From Eledone cirrhosa (Eukaryota), in NCBI GenBank assembly GCA_964016885.1, contig CAXHJY010000096.1:868001-932000 (forward strand): a DNA stretch of 64,000 nt, written 5' to 3'. The notes under the pieces were generated by a model that saw only the letters and a list, made by a program, of their open reading frames with translations, had not been told where the DNA came from and did no database searches. The number at the start of each line of letters is the position of its first letter. The stretch's first letter is position 1. Both the position numbers and the translations under genes were made by a program. Positions 10,606 through 25,759 of this stretch are shown here, one piece after another.

Positions 10606-13600
10606 ATTTGTAAAAAAATCAGGGGGAGATAATTTGTAAAAAATATCAGGGAGATAATTTGTAAAAAAAAATCAGGGGGAGATAATTTGTAAAAAAAATC
10701 AGGGGGAGATAATTTGTAAAAAAAAATCAGGGGGAGATAATTTGTAAAAAAAATCAAGGGGAGATAATTTCCAGCCGTCCAAGGGGAGATAATTTTCAGC
10801 CGTCCAAGGGGAGATAATTTCCCGCCAGCCAAGGGAAGATAATATTTAAAAAAATCAGGCGGAGATAATTTGTAAAAAAAATCAGGGGGAGATAATTTGT
10901 AAAAAAATCAGGGGGAGATAATTTGTAAAAAAAAAATCAGGGGGAGATAATTTGTAAAAAAAATCAGGGGGAGATAATTTGTAAAAAAAAATCAGGGGTA
11001 GATAATTTGTAAACAAAAATCAGGGGGAGATAATTTGTAAAAAAAAATCAGGGGGAGATAATTTGTAAAAAAAATGAAAGGGGAGATAATATCCAGCCGT
11101 CCAAGGGGAGATAATTTCCAGCCGTCCAAGGGGATATAATTTCCAGCCGTCCAAGGGGAGATAATTTCCATCCTTCCAAGGGGATATAATTTCCAGCCGT
11201 CCAAGGGGAGATAATTTCCCGCCAGCCAAGGGAAGATAATTTTTAAAAAAATCAGGCGGAGATTGTAAAAAAAATCAGGGGGGAGATAATTTGTAAAAAA
11301 ATCAGGGGGAGATAATTTGTAAAAAATAATCAGGGGGAGATAATTTGTAAAAAAATTCAAGGGGAGATAATTTCCAGCCGTCCAAGGGGAGATAATTTCC
11401 CGCCAGCCAAGGGAAGATAATATTTAAAAAAATTAGGCGGAGATAATTTGTAAAAAAAATCAGGGGGAGATAATTTGTAAAAAAATCAGGGGGAGATAAT
11501 TTGTAAAAAAAATCAGGGGGAGATAATTTGTAAAAAAAATCATGGGGAGATAATTTGTAAAAAAAAATCAGGGGTAGATAATTTGTAAAAAAAAATCAGG
11601 GGGAGATAATTTGTAAAAAAAAATCAGGGGGAGATAATTTGTAAAAAAAATCAAGGGGAGATAATATCCAGCCGTCCAAGGAGAGATAATTTAAAAAAAA
11701 AATGAGGCGGAGATAATTTGTAAAAAAAAAATCAGGGGGAGTTAATTTGTAAAAAAAAATGAGGGGGAGATAATTTGTAAAAAAAATCAAGGGGAGATAA
11801 TTTCCAGCCGTCCAAGGGGAGATAATTTTCAGCCGTCCAAGGAGAGGTAATTTCTAGCCGTCCAAGGGGAGATAATTTCCAGCCGTCCAAGGGGAGGTAA
11901 TTTCCAGCCGTCCAAGGGGAGATAATTTTTAAAAAAAAATCAGGCGGAGATAATTTGTAAAAAAAATCAAGGGGAGATAATTTGCAGCCGTCCAAGGGGA
12001 GATAATTTTCAGTCGTCCAAGGAGAGGTAATTTCTAGCCGTCCAAGGGGAGATAATTTCCAGCCGTCCAAGGGGAGATAATTTCCAGCCGTCCAAGGGGA
12101 GATAATTTTTTTTAAAAAATCAGGCGGAGATAATTTGTAAAAAAAATCAGGGGGAGATAATTTGTAAACAAAATCAGGGGGAGATAATTTGTAAAAAAAA
12201 ATCAGGGGGAGATAATTTGTAAAAAAAATTAGGCGTAGATAATTTGTAAAAAAAAATCAGGGGGAGATAATTTGTAAAAAAAAATCAGGGGGAGATAATT
12301 TGTTTAAAAAATCAAGGGGAGATAATTTGCAGCCGTCCAAGGGGAGATAATTTTCAGCCGTCCAAGGAGAGGTAATTTCTAGCCGTTCAAGGGGAGATAA
12401 TTTCCAGCCGTCCAAGGGGAGATAATTTCCAGCCGTCCAAGGGGAGATAATTTTTTTTAAAAAATCAGGCGGAGATAATTTGTAAAAAAAAATCAGGGGG
12501 AGATAATTCGTAAAAAAAAATCAGGGGGAGTTAATTTGTAAAAAAAAATCAGGGGGAGATAATTTGTAAAAAAAATCAAGGGGAGATAATTTCCAGCCGT
12601 CCAAGGGGAGGTAATATCTAGCCGTCCAAGGGGAGATAATTTCCAGCCGTCCAAGGGGAGATAATTTCCAGCCGTCCAAGGGGAGATAATTTCCAGCCGT
12701 CCAAGGAGACATATTTTCCAGCCGTCCAAGGCGAGGTAATTTCTAGCCGTCCAAGGGGAGATTAATTCCAGCCTCCAAGGGGAGATAATTTCCAGCCAGC
12801 CAAGGGGAGATAATTTGTAAAAAAATCAGGGGGAGATAATTTGTAAAAAATATCAGGGAGATAATTTGTAAAAAAAAATCAGGGGGAGATAATTTGTAAA
12901 AAAAATCAGGGGGAGATAATTTGTAAAAAAAAATCAGGGGGAGATAATTTGTAAAAAAAATCAAGGGGAGATAATTTCCAGCCGTCCAAGGGGAGATAAT
13001 TTTCAGCCGTCCAAGGAGAGGTAATTTCTAACCGTCCGAGGAGAGATAATTTCCAGCCGTCCAAGGGGAGATAATTTCCAGCCGTCCAAGGAGACATATT
13101 TTCCAGCCGTCCAAGGAGAGGTAATTTCTAGCCGTCCAAGGGGAGATAAATTCCAGCCTCCAAGGGGAGATAATTTCCAGCCAGCCAAGGGGAGATAATT
13201 TGTAAAAAAATCAGGGGGAGATAATTTGCAAAAAAAATCAGGGGGAGATAATTTGTAAAAAAAATCAGGGGGAGATAATTTGTAAAAAATAATCAGGGGG
13301 AGATAATTTCCAGCCGTCCAAGGGAAGATAATTTCCAGCCCTCCAAGGGGCTATAATTTCCAGTGTCCAAGGGGAGATAATTTCCAGCCAGAGAAGGGGA
13401 GATAATTTTTTTTAAAAAATCATTGGGAGATTTGTAAAAAAAATCAGGGGGAGATAATTTGCAAAAAAAATCAGGGGGAGATAATTTGTAAAAAAAAATC
13501 AGGGGTAGATAATTTGTAAAAAAAAATCAGGGGGAGATAATTTGTAAAAAAAAATCAGGGGGAGATAATTTGTAAAAAAAATCAAGGGGAGATAATTTCC

Positions 13601-16600
13601 AGCCGTCCAAGGAGAGATAATTTTAAAAAAAATCAGGCGGAGATAATTTGTAAAAAAAAATCAGGGGGAGATAATTTGTAAAAAAAATCAGGGGGAGATA
13701 ATTTGTAAAAAAAAATCAGGGGTAGATAATTTGTAAAAAAAAATCAGGGGGAGATAATTTGTAAAAAAAAATCAGGGGGAGATAATTTGTAAAAAAAATC
13801 AAGGGGAGATAATTTCCAGCCGTCCAAGGAGAGATAATTTTAAAAAAAATCAGGCGGAGATAATTTGTAAAAAAAAATTAGGGGGAGATAATTTGTAAAA
13901 AAAAATCAGGGGGAGATAATTTGTAAAAAAAATCAAGGGGAGATAATTTCCAGCCGTCCAAGGGGAGATAATTTTCAGCCGTCCAAGGGGAGATAATTTC
14001 CCGCCAGCCAAGGGAAGATAATATTCAAAAAAATCAGGCGGAGATAATTTGTAAAAAAAATCAGGGGGAGATAATTTGTAAAAAAATCAGGGGGAGATAA
14101 TTTGTAAAAAAAAAAATCAGGGGGAGATAATTTGTAAAAAAAATCAGGGGGAGATAATTTGTAAAAAAAAATCAGGGGTAGATAATTTGTAAAAAAAAAT
14201 CAGGGGGAGATAATTTGTAAAAAAAAATCAGGGGCAGATAATTTGTAAAAAAAATGAAAGGGGAGATAATATCCAGCCGTCCAAGGGGAGATAATTTCCA
14301 GCCGTCCAAGGGGAGATAATTTCCAGCCGTCCAAGGGGAGAAAATTTCCATCCTTCCAAGGGGATATAATTTCCAGCCGGCCAAGGGGAGATAATTTCCA
14401 TCCTTCCAAGGGGATATAATTTCCAGCCGTCCAAGGGGAGATAATTTTCAGCCGTCCAAGGAGAGGTAATTTCTAGCCGTCCAAGGAGAGATAATTTCCA
14501 GCCGTCCAAGGGGAGATAATTTCCAGCCGTCCAAGGGGAGATAATTTCCAGCCGTCCAAGGAGACATATTTTCCAGCCGTCCAAGGAGAGGTAATTCCTA
14601 GCCGTCCAAGGGGAGATAAATTCCAGCCTCCAAGGGGAGATAATTTCCAGCCAGCCAAGGGGAGATAATTTGTAAAAAAAATCAGGGGGAGATAATTTCT
14701 AAAAAAAATCAGGGGGAGATAATTTGTAAAAAAAAATCAGGGGGAGATAATTTGTAAAAAATAATCAGGGGGAGATAATTTGTAAAAAAAATCAAGGGGA
14801 GATAATTTCCAGCCGTCCAAGGGGAGATAATTTTCAGCCGTCCAAGGGGAGATAATTTCCCACCAGCCAAGGGAAGATAATATTTAAAAAAATTATGCGG
14901 AGATAATTTGTAAAAAAAATCAGGGGGAGATAATTTGTAAAAAAATCAGGGGGAGATAATTTGTAAAAAAAATCAGGGGGAGATAATTTGTAAAAAAAAT
15001 CAGGGGGAGATAATTTGTAAAAAAAAATCAGGGGTAGATAATTTGTAAAAAAAATCAGGGGGAGATAATTTGTAAAAAAAAATCAGGGGGAGATAATTTG
15101 TAAAAAAAATCAAGGGGAGATAATTTCCAGCCGTCCAAGGAGAGATAATTTTAAAAAAAATCAGGCGGAGATAATTTGTAAAAAAAAATCAGGGGGAGAT
15201 AATTTGTAAAAAAAAATCAGGGGGAGATAATTTGTAAAAAAAATCAAGGGGAGATAATTTCCAGCCGTCCAAGGGGAGATAATTTTCAGCCGTCCAAGGG
15301 GAGATAATTTCCCGCCAGCCAAGGGAAGATAATATTCAAAAAAATCAGGCGGAGATAATTTGTAAAAAAAATCAGGGGGAGATAATTTGTAAAAAAATCA
15401 GGGGGAGATAATTTGTAAAAAAAAAAATCAGGGGGAGATAATTTGTAAAAAAAATCAGGGGGAGATAATTTGTAAAAAAAAATCAGGGGTAGATAATTTG
15501 TAAAAAAAAATCAGGGGGAGATAATTTGTAAAAAAAAATCAGGGGGAGATAATTTGTAAAAAAAATGAAAGGGGAGATAATATCCAGCCGTCCAAGGGGA
15601 GATAATTTCCAGCCGTCCAAGGAGAGATAATTTCCAGCCGTCCAAGGGGAGATAATTTCCATCCTTCCAAGGGGATATAATTTCCAGCCGTCCAAGGGGA
15701 GATAATTTCCATCCTTCCAAGGGGATATAATTTCCAGCCGTCCAAGGGGAGATAATTTTCAGCCGTCCAAGGAGAGGTAATTTCTAGCCGTCCAAGGAGA
15801 GATAATTTCCAGCCGTCCAAGGGGAGATAATTTCCAGCCGTCCAAGGGGAGATAATTTCCAGCCGTCCAAGGAGACATATTTTCCAGCCGTCCAAGGAGA
15901 GGTAATTCCTAGCCGTCCAAGGGGAGATAAATTCCAGCCTCCAAGGGGAGATAATTTCCAGCCAGCCAAGGGGAGATAATTTGTAAAAAAAATCAGGGGG
16001 AGATAATTTGTAAAAAAAATCAGGGGGAGATAATTTGTAAAAAAAAATCAGGGGGAGATAATTTGTAAAAAAAATCAAGGGGAGATAATTTCCAGCCGTC
16101 CAAGGGGAGATAATTTTCAGCCGTCCAAGGGGAGATAATTTCCCGCCAGCCAAGGGAAGATAATATTCAAAAAAATCAGGCGGAGATAATTTGTAAAAAA
16201 AATCAGGGGGAGATAATTTGTAAAAAAATCAGGGGGAGATAATTTGTAAAAAAAAAAATCAGGGGGAGATAATTTGTAAAAAAAATCAGGGGGAGATAAT
16301 TTGTAAAAAAAAATCAGGGGTAGATAATTTGTAAAAAAAAATCAGGGGGAGATAATTTGTAAAAAAAAATCAGGGGGAGATAATTTGTAAAAAAAATGAA
16401 AGGGGAGATAATATCCAGCCGTCCAAGGGGAGATAATTTCCAGCCGTCCAAGGGGAGATAATTTCCAGCCGTCCAAGGGGAGATAATTTCCATCCTTCCA
16501 AGGGGATATAATTTCCAGCCGTCCAAGGGGAGATAATTTCCATCCTTCCAAGGGGATATAATTTCCAGCCGTCCAAGGGGAGATAATTTTCAGCCGTCCA

Positions 16601-17610
16601 AGGAGAGGTAATTTCTAGCCGTCCAAGGAGAGATAATTTCCAGCCGTCCAAGGGGAGATAATTTCCAGCCGTCCAAGGGGAGATAATTTCCAGCCGTCCA
16701 AGGAGACATATTTTCCAGCCGTCCAAGGAGAGGTAATTCCTAGCCGTCCAAGGGGAGATAAATTCCAGCCTCCAAGGGGAGATAATTTCCAGCCAGCCAA
16801 GGGGAGATAATTTGTAAAAAAAATCAGGGGGAGATAATTTGTAAAAAAATCAGGGGGAGATAATTTGTAAAAAAAATCAGGGGGAGATAATTTGTAAAAA
16901 AAATCAGGGGGAGATAATTTGTAAAAAAAAATCAGGGGTAGATAATTTGTAAAAAAAAATCAGGGGGAGATAATTTGTAAAAAAATCAAGGGGAGATAAT
17001 TTCCAGCCGTCCAAGGGAAGATAATTTCCAGCCCTCCAAGGGGCTATAATTTCCAGCGTCCAAGGGGAGATAATTTCCAGCCAGCGAAGGGGAGATAATT
17101 TTTTTAAAAAAATCATTGGGAGATTTGTAAAAAAAATCAGGGGGAGATAATTTGTAAAAAAAATCAAGGGGAGATAATTTCCAGCCGTCCAAGGGGAGGT
17201 AATATCTAGCCGTCCAAGGGTAGATAATTTCCAGCCGTCCAACGGGAGATAATTTCCAGCCGTCCAAGGGTAGATAATATCCAGCCGCCCAAGGACATAT
17301 TTTCCAGCCGTCCAAGGAGAGGTAATTTCTAGCCGTCCAAGGGGAGATAATTTCCAGCCGTCCAAGGGTAGATAATATCCAGCCGTCCAAGGACATATTT
17401 TCCAGCCGTCCAAGGAGAGGTAATTTCTAGCCGTCCAAGGGGAGATAAATTCCAGCCTCCAAGGGGAGATAATTTCCAGCCAGCCAAGGGGAGATAATTT
17501 GTAAAAAAATCAGGGGGAGATAATTTGTAAAAAAAATCAGGGGGAGATAATTTGTAAAAAAAAATCAGGGGGAGATAATTTGTAAAAAAAAATCAGGGGG
17601 AGATAATTTG
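10606..17610 (+). repeat. 10,605-bp HOR, truncated copy 2 (equivalent to 1-7005)
   Basis: Near-identical to 1-7005. Differences noticed: 861-862 AT vs GG and 3013 A vs T. The match ends at 7006 (C) vs 17611 (T), where the sequence jumps to the 'tttgtttaaaaaatcaag' module also found near 1695. Confidence 0.93.
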
Positions 17611-20600
17611 TTTAAAAAATCAAGGGGAGATAATTTGCAGCCGTCCAAGGGGAGATAATTTTCAGCCGTCCAAGGAGAGGTAATTTCTAGCCGTTCAAGG
17701 GGAGATAATTTCCAGCCGTCCAAGGGGAGATAATTTCCAGCCGTCCAAGGGGAGATAATTTTTTTTTAAAAATCAGGCGGAGATAATTTGTAAAAAAAAA
17801 TCAGGGGGAGATAATTCGTAAAAAAAAATCAGGGGGAGATAATTTGTAAAAAAAAATCAGGGGGAGATAATTTGTAAAAAAAATCAAGGGGAGATAATTT
17901 CCAGCCGTCCAAGGGGAGGTAATATCTAGCCGTCCAAGGGGAGATAATTTCCAGCCGTCCAAGGGGAGATAATTTCCAGCCGTCCAAGGGGAGATAATTT
18001 CCAGCCGTCCAAGGAGACATATTTTCCAGCCGTCCAAGGCGAGGTAATTTCTAGCCGTCCAAGGGGAGATAAATTCCAGCCTCCAAGGGGAGATAATTTC
18101 CAGCCAGCCAAGGGGAGATAATTTGTAAAAAAATCAGGGGGAGATAATTTGTAAAAAATATCAGGGAGATAATTTGTAAAAAAAAATCAGGGGGAGATAA
18201 TTTGTAAAAAAAATCAGGGGGAGATAATTTGTAAAAAAAAATCAGGGGGAGATAATTTGTAAAAAAAATCAAGGGGAGATAATTTCCAGCCGTCCAAGGG
18301 GAGATAATTTTCAGCCGTCCAAAGAGAGGTAATTTCTAACCGTCCGAGGAGAGATAATTTCCAGCCGTCCAAGGGGAGATAATTTCCAGCCGTCCAAGGG
18401 GAGATAATTTCCAGCCGTCCAAGGAGACATATTTTCCAGCCGTCCAAGGAGAGGTAATTTCTAGCCGTCCAAGGGGAGATAAATTCCAGCCTCCAAGGGG
18501 AGATAATTTCCAGCCAGCCAAATGGAGATAATTTGTAAAAAAATCAGGGGGAGATAATTTGCAAAAAAAATCAGGGGGAGATAATTTGTAAAAAATAATC
18601 AGGGGGAGATAATTTCCAGCCGTCCAAGGGGAGATAATTTTAAAAAAAATCAGGCGGAGATAATTTGTAAAAAAAAATCAGGGGGAGATAATTTGTAAAA
18701 AAAAATCAGGGGGAGATAATTTGTAAAAAAAATCAAGGGGAGATAATTTCCAGCCGTCCAAGGGAAGATAATTTCCAGCCCTCCAAGGGGCTATAATTTC
18801 CAGTGTCCAAGGGGAGATAATTTCCAGCCAGCGAAGGGGAGATAATTTTTTTTAAAAAATCATTGGGAGATTTGTAAAAAAAATCAGGGGGAGATAATTT
18901 GTAAAAAAAATCAAGGGGAGATAATTTCCAGCCGTCCAAGGGGAGGTAATATCTAGCCGTCCAAGGGGAGATAATTTCCAGCCGTCCAAGGGGAGATAAT
19001 TTCCAGCCGTCCCAGGGTAGATAATATCCAGCCGCCCAAGGACATATTTTCCAGCCGTCCAAGGAGAGGTAATTTCTAGCCGTCCAAGGGGAGATAAATT
19101 CCAGCCTCCAAGGGGAGATAATTTCCAGCCAGCCAAGGGGAGATAATTTGTAAAAAAATCAGGGGGAGATAATTTGTAAAAAAAATCAGGGGGAGATAAT
19201 TTGTAAAAAAAAATCAGGGGGAGATAATTTGTAAAAAAAAATCAGGGGGAGATAATTTGCAAAAAAAATCAGGGGGAGATAATTTGTAAAAAAAAATCAG
19301 GGGTAGATAATTTGTAAAAAAAAATCAGGGGGAGATAATTTGTAAAAAAAAAATCAGGGGGAGATAATTTGTAAAAAAAATCAAGGGGAGATAATTTCCA
19401 GCCGTCCAAGGAGAGATAATTTTAAAAAAAATCAGGCGGAGATAATTTGTAAAAAAAAATCAGGGGGAGATAATTTGTAAAAAAAATCAGGGGGAGATAA
19501 TTTGTAAAAAAAAATCAGGGGTAGATAATTTGTAAAAAAAAATCAGGGGGAGATAATTTGTAAAAAAAAATCAGGGGGAGATAATTTGTAAAAAAAATCA
19601 AGGGGAGATAATTTCCAGCCGTCCAAGGAGAGATAATTTTAAAAAAAATCAGGCGGAGATAATTTGTAAAAAAAAATTAGGGGGAGATAATTTGTAAAAA
19701 AAAATCAGGGGGAGATAATTTGTAAAAAAAATCAAGGGGAGATAATTTCCAGCCGTCCAAGGGGAGATAATTTTCAGCCGTCCAAGGGGAGATAATTTCC
19801 CGCCAGCCAAGGGAAGATAATATTCAAAAAAATCAGGCGGAGATAATTTGTAAAAAAAATCAGGGGGAGATAATTTGTAAAAAAATCAGGGGGAGATAAT
19901 TTGTAAAAAAAAAAATCAGGGGGAGATAATTTGTAAAAAAAATCAGGGGGAGATAATTTGTAAAAAAAAATCAGGGGTAGATAATTTGTAAAAAAAAATC
20001 AGGGGGAGATAATTTGTAAAAAAAAATCAGGGGGAGATAATTTGTAAAAAAAATGAAAGGGGAGATAATATCCAGCCGTCCAAGGGGAGATAATTTCCAG
20101 CCGTCCAAGGGGAGATAATTTCCAGCCGTCCAAGGGGAGATAATTTCCATCCTTCCAAGGGGATATAATTTCCAGCCGTCCAAGGGGAGATAATTTCCAT
20201 CCTTCCAAGGGGATATAATTTCCAGCCGTCCAAGGGGAGATAATTTTCAGCCGTCCAAGGATAGGTAATTTCTAGCCGTCCAAGGAGAGATAATTTCCAG
20301 CCGTCCAAGGGGAGATAATTTCCAGCCGTCCAAGGGGAGATAATTTCCAGCCGTCCAAGGAGACATATTTTCCAGCCGTCCAAGGAGAGGTAATTCCTAG
20401 CCGTCCAAGGGGAGATAAATTCCAGCCTCCAAGGGGAGATAATTTCCAGCCAGCCAAGGGGAGATAATTTGTAAAAAAAATCAGGGGGAGATAATTTGTA
20501 AAAAAAATCAGGGGGAGATAATTTGTAAAAAAAAATCAGGGGGAGATAATTTGTAAAAAATAATCAGGGGGAGATAATTTGTAAAAAAAATCAAGGGGAG

Positions 20601-23600
20601 ATAATTTCCAGCCGTCCAAGGGGAGATAATTTTCAGCCGTCCAAGGGGAGATAATTTCCCGCCAGCCAAGGGAAGATAATATTTAAAAAAATTAGGCGGA
20701 GATAATTTGTAAAAAAAATCAGGGGGAGATAATTTGTAAAAAAATCAGGGGGAGATAATTTGTAAAAAAAATCAGGGGGAGATAATTTGTAAAAAAAATC
20801 AGGGGGAGATAATTTGTAAAAAAAAATCAGGGGGAGATAATTTGTAAAAAAAATCAAGGGGAGATAATTTCCAGCCGTCCAAGGGGCTATAATTTCCAGC
20901 GTCCAAGGGGAGATAATTTCCAGCCAGCGAAGGGGAGATAATTTTTTTTAAAAAATCATTGGGAGATTTGTAAAAAAAATCAGGGGGAGATAATTTGTAA
21001 AAAAAATCAAGGGGAGATAATTTCCAGCCGTCCAAGGGGAGGTAATATCTAGCCGTCCAAGGGGAGATAATTTCCAGCCGTCCAAGGGGAGATAATTTCC
21101 AGCCGTCCAAGGGTAGATAATATCCAGCCGTCCAAGGACATATTTTCCAGCCGTCCAAGGAGAGGTAATTTCTAGCCGTCCAAGGGGAGATAAATTCCAG
21201 CCTCCAAGGTGAGATAATTTCCAGCCAGCCAAGGGGAGATAATTTGTAAAAAAATCAGGGGGAGATAATTTGTAAAAAAAATCAGGGGGAGATAATTTGT
21301 AAAAAAAAATCAGGGGGAGATAATTTGTAAAAAAAAATCAGGGGGAGATAATTTGTAAAAAAAAATCAGGGGGAGATAATTTGTAAAAAAATCAAGGGGA
21401 GATAATTTCCAGCCGTCCAAGGGGAGATAATTTTCAGCCGTCCAAGGGGAGATAATTTCCCGCCAGCCAAGGGAAGATAATATTTGAAAAAATCAGGCGG
21501 AGATAATTTGTAAAAAAAATCAGGGGGAGATAATTTGTAAAAAAATCAGGGGGAGATAATTTGTAAAAAAAAAATCAGGGCGAGATAATTTGTAAAAAGA
21601 ATCAGGGGGAGATAATTTGTAAAAAAAAATCAGGGGTAGATAAATTGTAAAAAAAAATCAGGGGGAGATAATTTGTAAAAAAAATCAGGGGGAGATAATT
21701 TGTAAAAAAAATGAAAGGGGAGATAATATCCAGCCGTCCAAGGGGAGATAATTTCCAGCCGTCCAAGGGGAGATAATTTCCAGCCGTCCAAGGGGAGATA
21801 ATTTCCATCCTTCCAAGGGGATATAATTTCCAGCCGTCCAAGGGGAGATAATTTCCCGCCAGCCAAGGGAAGATAATTTTTAAAAAAATCAGGCGGAGAT
21901 TGTAAAAAAAATCAGGGGGGAGATAATTTGTAAAAAAATCAGGGGGAGATAATTTGTAAAAAAAAATCAGGGGGAGATAATTTGTAAAAAATATTCAGGG
22001 GGAGATAATTTGTAAAAAAAATCAAGGGGAGATAATTTCCAGCCGTCCAAGGGGAGATAATTTCCCGCCAGCCAAGGGAAGATAATATTTAAAAAAATTA
22101 GGCGGAGATAATTTGTAAAAAAAATCAGGGGGAGATAATTTGTAAAAAAATCAGGGGGAGATAATTTGTAAAAAAAATCAGGGGGAGATAATTTGTAAAA
22201 AAATTCATGGGGAGATAATTTGTAAAAAAAAATCAGGGGTAGATAATTTGTAAAAAAAAATCAGGGGGAGATAATTTGTAAAAAAAAATCAGGGGGAGAT
22301 AATTTGTAAAAAAAATCAAGGGGAGATAATTTCCAGCCGTCCAAGGGGAGATAATTTTCAGCCGTCCAAGGAGAGGTAATTTCTAGCCGTCCAAGGGGAG
22401 ATAATTTCCAGCCGTCCAAGGGGAGGTAATTTCCAGCCGTCCAAGGGGAGATAATTTAAAAAAAAAAATCAGTCGGAGATAATTTGTAAAAAAAATCAAG
22501 GGGAGATAATTTGCAGCCGTCCAAGGGGAGATAATTTTCAGTCGTCCAAGGAGAGGTAATTTCTAGCCGTCCAAGGGGAGATAATTGCCAGCCGTCCAAG
22601 GGGAGATAATTTCCAGCCGTCCAAGGGGAGATAATTTTTTTTAAAAAATCAGGCGGAGATAATTTGTAAAAAAAATCAGGGGGAGATAATTTGTAAACAA
22701 AATCAGGGGGAGATAATTTGTAAAAAAAAATCAGGGGGAGATAATTTGTAAAAAAAATCATGGAGAGATAATTTCCAGCCGTCCAAGGTGAGATAATTTC
22801 CAGCCGTCCAAGGAGACATATTTTCCAGCCGTCCAAGGCGAGGTAATTTCTAGCCGTCCAAGGGGAGATAAATTCCAGCCTCCAAGGGGAGATAATTTCC
22901 AGCTAGCCAAGTGGAGATAATTTGTAAAAAAATCAGGGGGAGATAATTTGTAAAAAATATCAGGGAGATAATTTGTAAAAAAAAATCAGGGGGAGATAAT
23001 TTGTAAAAAAAATCAGGGGGAGATAATTTGTAAAAAAAAATCAGGGGGAGATAATTTGTAAAAAAAATCAAGGGGAGATAATTTGTAAAAAAAAATCAGG
23101 GATAGATAATTTGTAAACAAAAATCAGGGGGAGATAATTTGTAAAAAAAAATCAGGGGGAGATAATTTGTAAAAAAAATGAAAGGGGAGATAATATCCAG
23201 CCGTCCAAGGGGAGATAATTTCCAGCCGTCCAAGGGGAGATAATTTCCCGCCAGCCAAGGGAAGATAATATTTAAAAAAATCAGGCGGAGATAATTTGTA
23301 AAAAAAATCAGGGGGAGATAATTTGTAAAAAAATCAGGGGGAGATAATTTGTAAAAAAAAAATCAGGGGGAGATAATTTGTAAAAAAAATCAGGGGGAGA
23401 TAATTTGTAAAAAAAAATCAGGGATAGATAATTTGTAAACAAAAATCAGGGGGAGATAATTTGTAAAAAAAAATCAGGGGGAGATAATTTGTAAAAAAAA
23501 TGAAAGGGGAGATAATATCCAGCCGTCCAAGGGGAGATAATTTCCAGCCGTCCAAGGGGATATAATTTCCAGCCGTCCAAGGGGAGATAATTTCCATCCT

Positions 23601-25759
23601 TCCAAGGGGATATAATTTCCAGCCGTCCAAGGGGAGATAATTTCCCGCCAGCCAAGGGAAGATAATTTTTAAAAAAATCAGGCGGAGATTGTAAAAAAAA
23701 TCAGGGGGGAGATAATTTGTAAAAAAATCAGGGGGAGATAATTTGTAAAAAATAATCAGCGGGAGATAATTTGTAAAAAAATTCAAGGGGAGATAATTTC
23801 CAGCCGTCCAAGGGGAGATAATTTCCCGCCAGCCAAGGGAAGATAATATTTAAAAAAATTAGGCGGAGATAATTTGTAAAAAAAATCAGGGGGAGATAAT
23901 TTGTAAAAAAATCAGGGGGAGATAATTTGTAAAAAAAATCAGGGGGAGATAATTTGTAAAAAAAATCATGGGGAGATAATTTGTAAAAAAAAATCAGGGG
24001 TAGATAATTTGTAAAAAAAAATCAGGGGGAGATAATTTGTAAAAAAAAATCAGGGGGAGATAATTTGTAAAAAAAATCAAGGGGAGATAATATCCAGCCG
24101 TCCAAGGAGAGATAATTTAAAAAAAAAATGAGGCGGGGATAATTTGTAAAAAAAAAATCAGGGGGAGTTAATTTGTAAAAACAAATGAGGGGGAGATAAT
24201 TTGTAAAAAAAATCAAGGGGAGATAATTTCCAGCCGTCCAAGGGGAGATAATTTTCAGCCGTCCAAGGAGAGGTAATTTCTAGCCGTCCAAGGGGAGATA
24301 ATTTCCAGCCGTCCAAGGGGAGGTAATTTCCAGCCGTCCAAGGGGAGATAATTTTTTAAAAAAAATCAGGCGGAGATAATTTGTAAAAAAAATCAAGGGG
24401 AGATAATTTGCAGCCGTCCAAGGGGAGATAATTTTCAGTCGTCCAAGGAGAGGTAATTTCTAGCCGTCCAAGGGGAGATAATTTCCAGCCGTCCAAGGGG
24501 AGATAATTTCCAGCCGTCCAAGGGGAGATAATTTTTTTTAAAAAATCAGGCGGAGATAATTTGTAAAAAAAATCAGGGGGAGATAATTTGTAAACAAAAT
24601 CAGGGGGAGATAATTTGTAAAAAAAAATCAGGGGGAGATAATTTGTAAAAAAAATTAGGCGTAGATAATTTGTAAAAAAAAATCAGGGGGAGATAATTTG
24701 TAAAAAAAAATCAGGGGGAGATAATTTGTTTAAAAAATCAAGGGGAGATAATTTGCAGCCGTCCAAGGGGAGATAATTTTCAGCCGTCCAAGAAGAGGTA
24801 ATTTCTAGCCGTTCAAGGGGAGATAATTTCCAGCCGTCCAAGGGGAGATAATTTTTTTTAAAAAATCAGGCGGAGATAATTTGTAAAAAAAAATCAGGGG
24901 GAGATAATTCGTAAAAAAAATCAGGGGGAGATAATTTGTAAAAAAAAATCAGGGGGAGATAATTTGTAAAAAAAATCAAGGGGAGATAATTTCCAGCCGT
25001 CCAAGGGGAGGTAATATCTAGCCGTCCAAGGGGAGATAATTTCCAGCCGTCCAAGGGGAGATAATTTCCAGCCGTCCAAGGGGAGATAATTTCCAGCCGT
25101 CCAAGGAGACATATTTTCCAGCCGTCCAAGGCGAGGTAATTTCTAGCCGTCCAAGGGGAGATTAATTCCAGCCTCCAAGGGGAGATAATTTCCAGCCAGC
25201 CAAGGGGAGATAATTTGTAAAAAAATCAGGGGGAGATAATTTGTAAAAAATATCAGGGAGATAATTTGTAAAAAAAAATCAGGGGGAGATAATTTGTAAA
25301 AAAAATCAGGGGGAGATAATTTGTAAAAAAAAATCAGGGGGAGATAATTTGTAAAAAAAATCAAGGGGAGATAATTTCCAGCCGTCCAAGGGGAGATAAT
25401 TTTCAGCCGTCCAAGGAGAGGTAATTTCTAACCGTCCGAGGAGAGATAATTTCCAGCCGTCCAAGGGGAGATAATTTCCAGCCGTCCAAGGGGAGATAAT
25501 TTCCAGCCGTCCAAGGAGACATATTTTCCAGCCGTCCAAGGAGAGGTAATTTCTAGCCGTCCAAGGGGAGATAAATTCCAGCCTCCAAGGGGAGATAATT
25601 TCCAGCCAGCCAAGGGGAGATAATTTGTAAAAAAATCAGGGGGAGATAATTTGCAAAAAAAATCAGGGGGAGATAATTTGTAAAAAAAATCAGGGGGAGA
25701 TAATTTGTAAAAAATAATCAGGGGGAGATAATTTCCAGCCGTCCAAGGGAAGATAATTT

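Noticed and set aside
12729-18037. 5,308-bp spacing is close to half of 10,605, suggesting a dimeric HOR
   Set aside because: The two halves of the 10.6-kb unit do not share module order. The spacing results from the single breakpoint at 17,610 and looks coincidental.
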